Shown here: positions 1 to 11,400 of the stretch, piece after piece
Layout: each line of letters begins with the position of its first letter
Numbering within the stretch: position 1 is the stretch's first letter
Assembly (NCBI GenBank): GCA_965235115.1
Contig: OZ249436.1
Location: forward strand, 11,844,001 to 11,908,000
Reading direction: 5' to 3'
DNA: 64,000 bases
Origin: Laetmonice hystrix
Lineage: Eukaryota
Notes under the pieces: generated by a model
What the model was told of the DNA's origin: nothing
Database searches by the model: none
What the model saw: the letters and a program-made list of their open reading frames with translations, nothing else
Made by a program: the position numbers and the translations under genes

Positions 1-830
1 ATGTTTCACACAAATGTCTTTTCTTCTATCAGCAAGAGTTTGAATATTCAAAAGAGTAGAGATATCGTCATAATTATTTCCTGGGTAGATTATCCTCAAA
101 GCTCGCTTCTGAATTGTCTCTATTTTCTCCGACAGATACGCTGGTAAGCTAGTGCTCCATTCGGGAACAGCGTATTCCACTGTGGGTCGGATTACTGACA
201 TGTAAATCACCACTATCACTTTGGTGAACACCAGCTCTCTTTAGCTGATATAGCATGTACAATCGTTTACAGGCCTTGGACACATTACTGTCCACATGGA
301 TATTCCACGACAGATCTGCTGATATGCTGACTCCTAATATCTTAGCACTGTTTGTTCTCTCTAGTTCTACACCATTAATATTAATGCGCGGCAGATTATC
401 GTGGTCCCTGTTTCTCAAGAAGTCAATAAGCAACTCGTACGTTTTGCTGGTGTTGATTGTCATGTCGTTTTGCTGGGACCATCTCACTGCGGCATCAGTT
501 GCTTCCTGAAGTCCGGAATGATTACCGGGAGCACACACCTCAAACATGGTACTGTTATCGACATATTTGTAAGTAGGACAAAGCGTTGTGAGGTCGTTGA
601 TGTGCACCAGGAGGTCTTTGGGACCTGAAAGTGTTCCCTGTGGCACCCCTCCATTGGGTGATCCAGCATCCGATAGTGCATCACAATCCTAACTCTGTGT
701 TGTCGGTCGTGGAAGAAGGCAGCCATCCACCTGACAACGTGTGCAGGTAATCGCACGTCTTGTAGTTTCAGAATTAGAATTTCATGGTTAATCAAATCGA
801 AAACCTTGGAATAATCCATGGGAACGCATG
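1..830 (-). mobile_element. Degenerate non-LTR retrotransposon (CR1/L2-like) reverse transcriptase fragment
   Basis: Frameshifted ORFs 484..864 and 149..646 give DYSKVFDLINH, PQGTLSGP..LLVHINDL, YKYVDN (degenerate YxDD), AKILGV and KRLYMLYQLKR. Homology continues to the window edge as EKIETIQKRALRII. Frameshifts and stops indicate an inactive copy. Confidence 0.88.
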
Positions 831-1145
831 AACGCACGCCTATAGTATAGAGAGTCAGCTTCATACCACTTATGCCACCACTTATGCAAGTAGGCCTATA
901 CAGCTAGTCAATCCTTCTTTGACGTTCCGTGTTTTACCTACTCAAAATGTGGGCACATCGACTTGGGAGGGGGGGGGGGGGCTGGCTTATTTTATTCCTT
1001 TCAACTTTTCTCAATACTTTGTCCCCAACCGGTCTCCGTAGTACAGAAACCGAACCCGCGCTGACCCAGATTTGAAGACCGACCCATTTTGAAGAAGGGG
1101 CGTCTGTCGTTGACACCGAGCTAGCTTGACTTTCTTTTCGTCACC

Positions 1146-4100
1146 ATGGCGCGTCGTCTTCTTCATCTCGTCGTCCTCATCATCTTCTCTCTCGTACCCT
1201 TGCAATGCAAAGGGGGTAAGTAGGACTACCTTACATGTGTGTTGTATGTAGAGTATGAACGCATGCAGGACCGGAGCGAGGCAACCAGTTTTCTATCCCT
1301 GAGGTTATGTGTAATAGCCTTCATTGGACATTATAAAAAGTCATTTCGCAACAACTTAAATTTAACAGTAGATAGGTAAACATACATGTAGCAATATAGT
1401 ATAGTAAAGAAAGGTTTATTCAGCAGATCATGCAGATCGAGAGGACATTCTAATATGTGTACGCTTATAATATGTTTTAGAACAACATGCATGATTCGCG
1501 CCTGAATATCGAACAAGAAGAATAGATTTTCCTCGGTCCCTAAAACCAATAGTCGTCTGGATATTCAGTTTTCATGTTTCCCAGTTACAGCTACAGGGTA
1601 TTAATGGTCGACAGTCTCTCTGGTATTGGCCTATGCATGGCAGGAAGGCCGGTTGGGCCCTGATCCGGTACATTATCCTTTTGCTAATTAGATCTACATA
1701 TTTGATTTTATATCTAGGCTACAGTGGCATATTTAAGGGGTGGTGGTGGGGGAGGGGGTTACTGGGGTTGCAACCCCCCCCCCCCCGGTACGAAGTTTCT
1801 CCTGTTAATTTTGAAAGTATCGTTCCTAATTTTGACCTTTCTTCGATAGGTCTGCGATTCATGGCACAAGGGGCGTAAACACTGAAATATATAACAGATC
1901 TTCGAAGTCTGTTCGCTCTAAGAAGAGCTCGAGCATATTCATGACCCTCCCGCCCCACTCCTCCAGCGTGTCCAATAACAGGTCGCGGGCCGTAACGGCT
2001 GCCCACGGGAGGATGTAAACCTGGGGTGAGCACTCCATTTGGGGTAATACAGAACCACATGGAGTTTGGTGCCATTCTTGAGTGACAGGCGGTGACGACT
2101 TGTGATACGCCAGCTGTGGGTAGACGGGAGGAGGGGGCAGGTCACAGCTTATAATGAGGCCGAGGTCAAGCTCTTCTTAGAGCGAACAGACTTGTAGGTT
2201 GAAAGGCACCGACAGATTGGCCTATATAGCAAAAGTTGGGGACGGAGAACCAAATCCGATATGTCACCGTTGGTGGGTAGGGGAACAGGCCTGAAAGTAG
2301 ACATGCACAACCATATGCCTTGACTGAGTGTCGTCCCAGTTGCCAGCAAACAGGGACCTACTGAACTAACAGGGACCGACATCGCGTGTCGTTAAAACTA
2401 TAGATCTACCTCCAATGCGAACTCACCGCTGTGTACAATTCGTCGTGAATCATGCCGTTTGATCAAATTGCTGTATTCCTTCTCATCAAACCGCCCCACT
2501 GCTCACTTTTTTTTTATGCCATATATTTAATAAATCAGACGTTTGAAAATGCGAACCGAGCAGTTTGATTTCCGTTGCCTGCAATGTTGTTAGTCCTAAT
2601 GCGCATGTGCACTGAAGGCCAGTAGGGGAGCATACCATTACACAATGGTATTACATGACACAAGCCTAGCACTCCTCGATCCATTCTGGCCCGAGATCCA
2701 GGCCCCCTTCTTAGATAATAACTGCTCCCTTTGTTCATTTAAAATGGCCACCGGACGTGATGATGTTGAAGTGCCCGCTTGGTTTGAAAAATCACCTGAA
2801 TCTGCTTTGTAGAAGGACTTTAGCTAAATTCATTGGACTCAATGGCTGAAGGTAAAGGCAAAACTTCATTTAAAATGATTGGCTCTGTGCGCTGTAGCCT
2901 CTTATTCTGCGCGCATTACAAAATGTCGCATGGGCATAGCGATGCTGCCCACCTCCATCTCCACCCCCTGTAGGCCTACCCCCTCTTTATTGGAGTACTA
3001 GGCCTAATAACATTGGAATTGTGCCATATATATGTACACACACTGCATGGGTAGTGTTTGCTAAAGTGACGATAAATTGATGAACAATCGATGGTTCGGT
3101 AAGAGGGCCGATGTTAGCTCTGGGCAAGAATAGGGGGGCTAGGCCTACTATAGGGGGAGATCCAGGGGGCGACGTTCTAGGGGGCCAGAATTAACCCCCC
3201 TGTACCACCTAGGGTTCCTTTTGCCACCGTCCTTTTCGCTGATATATACCATACCCGGACCGGATACCTCCCACTTTCGAATTGGCACCTCGCCTCCTCT
3301 GATTTTACGGTCTGCATGCTCCTGTAGGCTACTATTGCCTGGAAATGTAGGCATCCGGCGACATGGCGACTGCCGGTGTCGAGAAAGAAATAGGAAATGG
3401 CAACTTGGCCTAGTCTAGATGATTCCGTTATGTTATTATAGCATCTTGCCCTCTATTATATAAGATGGCCTTTTTGAGCATTCGCAGATGCCGCGGTGAG
3501 CACGGACAATGGTTCCTACGTCCGACATGAGGTCCGACTTCTGAACGATATCTTGATGAGGGCTCACAAGTTCGCACGGCCGGTGAAAGAGCAGAACGAG
3601 ACCGTTAATATCAAATTTGGTCTTGCACTAGTGTCAATTGATGAAGTGGTGAGTAGGTTTTATATTGTTATTGATATAATAAGGATCTGTTAAGCTTATA
3701 TGGCAGAGTTCTACATACAATGCAGGGCGCAGCGGCATTGTTGCGTATCGACAACCCCCCTCCCAATCACATTATATTGCCGACCAGTGGCGTACCCAGA
3801 AGACCCAGGGGGGTGCTGGAAATACCCGGTAACCAACGTCGTAGGTGCTGCAGATTGGGAGGGGGCTGTGGGCAACAAGGCCACCCAAGAAAAATTTAGT
3901 TGTACCAATCTCGGCGTTGTGCGGTTTCTCACAGCGGGGACCGCGGCGGTAAAACGCGATATTGGGCACAGGCCATAATCTTTTACAATCAAATAGAACA
4001 TAGAACATGTTTTCATATACGGACCACCGTATGGCACTCCTCTGAACCCGCTGCGGTGATTCGCGCCATAGATGTGTAGTCACTACACATCTATGTTCGC

Positions 4101-7017
4101 GCTAATCGAAGAGAGCGCTGTGATTGGCCCATCGAAAATATGGGCGCAAACGTCGCAGGTAGTTTCGTAGCCTCCGTAACTTGGCCACGCTCCAAGCAGA
4201 GATCAGTCAATCCGTTGACGCTGACCAACGCAACGGAAGCGAAAATTCTTGGAGATTAACTTCCTTCCGTTTGTCCGTTTTCTGACAAGTGAAATTACCT
4301 AGCACCTGGCCTAACATAGCGGACGCGTCTGTTAGGCAGGGGATAAGGCTAGCTGCCGCCTGGCCCCCTCAGGGGTCACGTGGGCCTGAAGGAGCGGTAT
4401 GGGCGGCCGACGATCGACAGGTCACAGGCATCTAATTGGCTGGCCTAAGCAAACCAGCCAATCAGAAGCCTGTTAGTTTATTTGTTTTCATCTAACCAAA
4501 ACCTGCCATGTGTTGTGTTGTCCATCACATATGAATACCACCTGAATACGGTGACAACAAGTTCTTACTTTTAATAATCGCACAGGAGTTGGGTAAATTT
4601 CAAGCCACCTTTTGCAGCATGCTTAGGCCTATATAACTTATAAACAGCAGACAAATATGAATATCCATTTCGTTTAATTATTATTACACATTGGCTCTAT
4701 TGCCCTCGTTCAGAAAGTTATAGTGCAGCGTTGGCCCACAGCTCTTTAAAGATTATGTTGCAATGCGAGTGACTTTTTTTTCTTTTCAGGATGAACAGTC
4801 CCGGACGTTAACGAGCTTAGTTTGGCTTCGACAGGTAAGGGCACCAGATTAAAATTCCGTGTAAGGCCTATATAGAAAGCGGGAGTATGTAAATGTAGCA
4901 TTTTATTCTCTTGCTTTCATACTTTCAGCTTTGGCTTGATGCATTCTTGACGTGGGACCCACTCGACTATGGGGGCATCACCGCAATCCGTGTTCCAGTC
5001 ACAAAACTCTGGACGCCTGACCTTACGGTGTATAACGCGTGAGTGTGTTGCTCATGTAGGCCACATATCTAGGTTTGTCTCCAAGGTGTATTTTTCCTTT
5101 CTAAATAAGTTGTTACTTTCAGTAAGGATCACTTCATTCATACGTTTGACGCTCTGGGAATTGTCTACTCCTCGGGCGATGTCCTATGGATACCACCCGC
5201 CACTATAACATCCATGTGTACATTCGACATGACATATTTCCCGTTTGATGAACAAGAATGTGACCTGATAATTGGATCCTGGACCTACGACGGTTACAAG
5301 GTGAATCGAACTGAGCAAACAATATTTTTTCAATGAACCAAAGCAAACATCCCATTCACAAAACCATACATTTTCTATATCCCGCCTATAGACATGCCGG
5401 TGCCAGATAGAAATTCGCCCACCATGGAAAAGTGGTCCATGGGTCACTTTTCTGTAGGCCTAATGAAAAAGTGAGCCCCTATTGAAATTTACCCCCCCCC
5501 CATAGAGTAAGTCAATGCATAGTTTGTTTTCCAATCACAATTCATTTATTTCGCCTCGAAATAAGTTACAAAATATCATATTTCTAAAAGGGGGCACTTT
5601 TCTATAGGGCTAATAGAAAAGTGACCCTGGGGTCAAAATTCTATATAGAAAAGTGCATATATTTTCGCGGCTTTTCATTCCTTAGGATTATCACCCTTTA
5701 TCTAAGGTTGTCCTCTGTAATTTATTAAAATATAATATTATTGTGGTAATATTGTGGTTGTCATAGGTGTCACCGGACTTCTACGAAGGCCTGGCAGAGT
5801 TGGACCTCACAGACTATAAGCCAAACCCGGAATGGACGATCGTATCATCCAGAGCTAAGCTAAACAGGACATACTATCCGTGCTGCCCAGAGCCCTACCC
5901 CGACCTGACGTTCACCCTCCGTATACGGCGGAACCCTGGTTACTACAGCTACATATACCTGGGGCCTGCTGTACTGTTGGCACTCCTGGCACCGTTTGTC
6001 TTCCTCCTGCCACCAGGAGACACTCAGAAAATGACGCTTGGTGAGGGACCACGCCCCTGTTTGACTTCACGATAATACAAGTACTTGTATGGGCTTAACC
6101 GGGTTTAATTACTGATCAATATTTATATTGTGCTTAAATCGACCCATTGCTTTCATGGAGACTGCGAACGAACTAGTAAATATTCTAAAATCAAATACAG
6201 TATATCGGCGTCACAGCAGCTCAATTTTTCTTTCATCTCTTTTAGGTTGTAGTATCCTTATCTGTTTTACCCTCCTGTTCGGGAGAACTGGAGACTTCAT
6301 TCCAAGGGTGCATGTCAACGTCCCACTTATAGGTATGTGGTGTTTCAGAAAAATCAGTTTCAAATTTCTGTTATGAACGACATCTCTTCCGGAAATAACT
6401 CTGTCCTGCAGATAGTGACTAGTGCAACGGGTCTTCTTCTATAACTGCGTCATTCTAATTACCGGGTAGTCATGAAACTTGACTCCTCCACTGAGGACAA
6501 CATGTATGGTTTCCCTCCAGACATGTACTACATGGCCCAATACGTCCTACTCTCACTGTCCATCGCAATGACCGTCATCGTTGCAAACATTGCAAAGCGA
6601 GCCAGATCGGTCAGCGGTGGTGAACCAAGCGAGTTCCTCAGGAAGGTTAGTTGGAAAAGTAGAAAACATTGATAAAACAGGATAAGTATAAAAGTCTAAA
6701 AGGGGAATTATTATCTTAATTCCTTTGGTTATTTACTGTATGGTTTATTTTCATTTCCCCTGTATTATTTTTGATTTCATTGTTAACAGACGGTGTTGGG
6801 TTGTCTGGGCCGCTGTATGTGTGTGTCCTATGACCCTGTACCCGAGCCGTTTGTCGCGGACTCGACACCAGACGACAAAACGACCGATGGAGAATCTGAA
6901 GGCGGAAGAAGGCGGGAATGGTTGATCATGGCAACCATCGTCGACAGGTTCCTCTTCGGGATCTACCTGGTTCTGACCATCCTCATCACGCTCTGCGTCC
7001 TTCTCAGAAGGCCCTAG
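1146..7017 (+). CDS. Nicotinic acetylcholine receptor alpha-like subunit (Cys-loop channel), gene 1; 9 exons, ~425 aa
   Basis: GT-AG exons: 1146-1215 (signal peptide MARRLLHLVVLIIFSLVPLQCKG), 3488-3648, 4790-4834, 4929-5038, 5123-5300, 5767-6040, 6246-6332, 6521-6645, 6790-7017. Phases are consistent (1278 nt). Motifs: WTPDLTVYN, Cys-loop CTFDMTYFPFDEQEC, GSWTYDG, loop C YYPCCPEPYPD, four TM segments, EW..MATIVDR before M4. Confidence 0.93.
3785..3858. mobile_element. Fragment of the same GC-rich MITE family as 50683-50849
   Basis: CAGTGGCGTACCCAGAA...GGGGGGTGCTGGAAATA...ACCAACGTCGTAGGTGCTGCAGATTGG matches the reverse complement of ~50778-50849. Confidence 0.6.
4067..4095. mobile_element. 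29-bp perfect hairpin insertion with 7-bp target-site duplication
   Basis: CATAGATGTGTAGT-C-ACTACACATCTATG, flanked on both sides by TTCGCGC (4060-4066 and 4096-4102). Confidence 0.65.
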
Positions 7018-7241
7018 TCGGGATATTGAGCGATTATGGTGGCGAATTATATACCGAAGAAGTTGTAACGTCTCGTACATTTTGTAGTAGTTGGTCAAAC
7101 TCGGCCAAGACAATGATTGTCCACAGTAGTCGAGCCTCGGCCAGCTGGTGGTGGTTCGAGTAGATTTAAAAGTAGGCGTCAATACAACGTGCCTATGGCA
7201 CAATTCTAATTTGACTCTCGTCTAGAAAAGGACATGATAAA

Positions 7242-7414
7242 AGCCGTTTGGCGCGGACTCGACACCAGACGACAAAACGACCGATGGAGAAGCTGAAGGC
7301 GGAAGAAGGCGGGAATGGTTGATCATGGCAACCATCGTCGACAGGTTCCTCTTCGGGATCTACCTGGTTCTGACCATCCTCATCACGCTCTGCGTCCTTC
7401 TCAGAAAGCTATAA
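7242..7414 (+). repeat. Near-identical local duplicate of the M4-encoding 3' part of nAChR gene 1's last exon
   Basis: Matches ~6845-7017 with few substitutions. Reads PFGADSTPDD...EWLIMATIVDRFLFGIYLVLTILITLCVLLRKL*. Confidence 0.9.
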
Positions 7415-8401
7415 TCAATCCTTATAAATTAAGTACGAACAGCGTGTGGAATATAGAAAGTCTACATACCCCTCCTCCCGAAAGGGGGAGCAACGCTGGG
7501 CCCCTAAAAAGGCAGTAAATGATGGTGTAGGACCTCAATGTCAAAATGTTCTTTTGATGTTCTTTCTATATTAATGACACTGTACATATCCAGATCAACG
7601 TGTTCGTATATTCAAAGGCCGCTCACATAAATCTAGAGGCGTAATATGAATTGCTGGATCCTTAAAGTTGTGGTATAATTTTAAGTACTGCTGACCTGTA
7701 TCAATGAATATCGTGAGTTATACATATCTTCTATCAGTATATCGTATAGACGACCTATAAAGGCAAGCTTTTATCATGCGAGATTCCAAGCCAGTCGATA
7801 CGAACTTACATGTGCGGTAATTGTGTACGAGTCAAATTCCAAACATTGCCAATGACGCCAGTAGTGGCATGGTATGAAAGCAATCAAAACGGCGCACACT
7901 AATAAGTTGATTTGGTTCACTTGAACTCCTGAGGAAATAAAGGATAGTTCGTCCTTACGGGACCTTTAGCCAAGGGACATTTTATTGAATTGAAAAGCGT
8001 GCATGAAAGAGGTAATATCGTCACAGAGAAATCGACGACAATGTGCATAAAAACCGCTCTCTTATTATCAGACGCGACGTGTTGTTATATCACAGTAGTT
8101 CACGGGTACAGACTTACAAGCCAGTTTGTTCATTTGACTCCGATCTTATAGCTTACAGAAGCTATCATTGATGGGCGCAGATCTGTATGCCGAAAATAAA
8201 GCTATGTCATAAAGGACACGTGTTCTTTTATGCGAGAATAAAGGACCCGTTGCTTCTGTTGTATTTACGGAGGCGTGCAGGCGGATATCTCCGCAGCCGA
8301 TAGCGTGTAGAGGACACACCTTCCGACAGCCGAGGTGAGTGGGCTGAAACCTTCATCCATGCACATTACACGTATTATAGAGCACCGAGACCAGGGGAAA
8401 C

Positions 8402-11400
8402 ATGTCGGACCGCTCAACTGTTTTTAACATACTTCAAACCTTGGCGATCGTCCTGGTCGGGGTCCTCTGCTTGCCACCATCACAGGCCAACTCAGGTGAG
8501 AATTTCACTAGATCGTCATTGTATCGTGAGGCTCCTCCAGTTTGTGAAATGTAGCACTTGAAATATCCTGGCTGCGATTCGGCATCCTCTAGCATATACA
8601 TGTAGACCAATATGACAAGTTTAGAAATGGTTAATGCTTCATTGTAGGTTTGTTAGCTGTTAGGCCTAGATCTAAGATGAAAACTTCGTAACGATTAGGC
8701 CTAGCCCTATGGCTATGTCTATACCAGGAGTTCGCAATGGTTCGTTTCGAATTTGCTCATCTCATGCATGATGACTTGGTTCACAATAGATATATAGAGG
8801 AGAGGCGTTACGATTGTCCGCAATTCTTCTTTTCACAAATATGGACGTACACTATTCTGCCTACATCACAACCCCATAGGTGTCGAAATCAGGGTGTGTG
8901 CGCCCCCTCCCCGTATTACAAGCAAGGGGCAGAGCCCCCCTCTGCTGAAACCCACCCAGCGGAGCCATGCCTAGCAGCCTATTTTGTCAATAAGTTCGCC
9001 AGATCTGGGCCAGAGTAGGCCTAGGCAGACTTCAGCCCCCTCCCCTCTTCCGAAACCTTAGGTCATAAGATGACATGCCGTGCATGGAGACATGTGAAAA
9101 ACACCGCTATGATGTGGTGGTGGATTATTGCTGATTCGTGATTTAATTAAAGGCCCACTGTATACTTTGAACGCTGTGTCGAAGAGAGTGGTGCCCCCTG
9201 GATATCCGCCCCAAGTCGGTAGACTGTTCTATAAATAACCTACTCTGCTCAAGGCCGCCATTCTCACGCCCGAGTCCTTTCGGCAATCTTCGGGTCGTTG
9301 GGAGAAAGCACTCTCGCAAATTACATAGGTATTACTCACGGCCCCAATAGGAACATAGGCCTACGCGCCACCTCAATCGTTAGATTACTACACCAGTGAC
9401 ATAATGTAGGCCAAGGCCTATGGAAGAGGGGCATCAACAGTAATATTTTTTTATTTAAACTTACGCACCGGTTCGGCTCTTGCCACGTGGGAATCAGCCA
9501 TATAGCTTCTCCAAAGAAATAGGCCCAGTTCGTCAAGCGGTGATTTCAGCAAATGGGCGCGATCGTGAGCGTAAAAGGCCGCCTCGCACGGCCCGGGCTG
9601 TTCTGTCAGTGCTCAGCACCGGGAGTTTACGTCCGCACAGAACATAGTTCCCCGTGAACAGCTAGGGGGGATTCCCATAGACCTTATACATGTACAAGGA
9701 TACGAAATAATCATTATTAGTTCTACTAGGTCTAGAGAAGTCTATATACAGAGGATTATTCAGGGGGGGTGCAAAAAAGGCCACCCAAAAAAAAACACTT
9801 TAGGAATCTCATGGTGGCTTCATCTATGAAATTTTTAAAGTGATTTTCTTTTCTCACTTCTCTTTCATCTTTCAAGAGTTATGACCATTTCAATGGAAGA
9901 CCACAATTTCCAGGATCGTAGGCCTACACACCTTACCATGTTGTCACAAGTTTTACAGGATATGCTCAACATGAGCACCATTCCAGTTCCCTAGGGTTCG
10001 AACTGTTCTGTGCCTGCCAAACTTAGGCTAATTCTTTCTTGAGGACACTTATCTCGGCTTGGAATTTCTGCACAACCTTCCAGACTGTCTTTCTAACCCC
10101 AAAATGACGACAGTATGCCGGTTGAACTTTAACAATCGTTTTCTTCTCGTTTGCTCCACGTTTTCCTCTTTGTTCGGCGGAGAGCGGCATACTGTTTCAA
10201 ACAGTTTTCAACACACACCGGAATGAACTCCTTGTTTTCATTGTCGGAAAAACAGGAATGATTCTGGTGTAGAAAGAAGGATTCTGTAGCCACCGCACAC
10301 TGGCCAGACATTCGAGATTCCCTCTGGCATATGACGTCATTTCCTGCTATTCGAAAATACCCTCGGGTGATTTGAGCGCCATTGTGGCAACCAAATACAG
10401 GACGAAATGGACCTGTGTAGCGAGGCAGTGAGTGAACCGTCATATCCAATCGAGCCAGGAAGTAGTGCATTATTGAAACCTGCTACTTCGGCGTCGTATG
10501 TGCAAACATAAATTTCTGGTATGAAGGGGAACGTTTGAAGAAGAAAAATGAATCACCTAATTTACCTAAATCTGCGTGATAAGGTAATTTATGAAATTAT
10601 GGGAAGCAGTATAGCCGCGCCTATGAACGACAACAACACGACACATGGTAGGGATACTTGTATCATGAACATGATACTATCGCAATATTGCCCACTGGCT
10701 TTGGGAAGAGCACTAGAGGCCTATTTTAGTTGCTTCCATGCCTGATGCAAACAAAATACTGCAAGCACTGCCATGATGGCCAGAGTCCCGGCTCAATGTA
10801 TAGGCTACCCGCGATGCAATGCTCAAAATGGCGCTGAATTCACCCGAGGGTACTTTCGAATGACCGAGGATTCCCGATTGACTGGCCAGACTTGACTAAG
10901 GCGCGACGCTCTGCCTCATGCCGCCGACGGGTTGCGCCAGTGTGCGTTAACCTGCAGAAGACAATGTTTAATCAGCCTAGAGATGGCGATCTTCCTGGTC
11001 CGTTCGGGCCCCTTTAGGCCGATATCTAGCCGATATATCGACCTACTACACTGCGTTCGTTAGAGAGAAGGATGTAACCATATCTAGCCGATATCATGAT
11101 GGACGGTATCCTTTTCTATAACCGCCACACCTGTCACCGGGACGTATTGATCAACGTAGCCCCATTCAAAACACTTGATCCAACTGTCCTTTGCCAATTC
11201 GGGCGTCTGCCAAGCAAGCCTACAGAATCCACACTGCGCCCCTATCCATTCGTTCAACCGGATAATACGGGCCCACATTTAAAGCAATCAGCGAGTAGGC
11301 CTATATCTTTCATTTCAATATCACCAAAATGCAGACATGGGCTGTTAGGTTAGACTACATAAATCAATAAATATATACTCACAGAAATGGAGAAATCTAA

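Noticed and set aside
1..864. Reverse transcriptase as an active or domesticated gene, or a retron-like system
   Set aside because: Frameshifts, stops and a YVDN catalytic motif indicate an ordinary dead LINE fragment.
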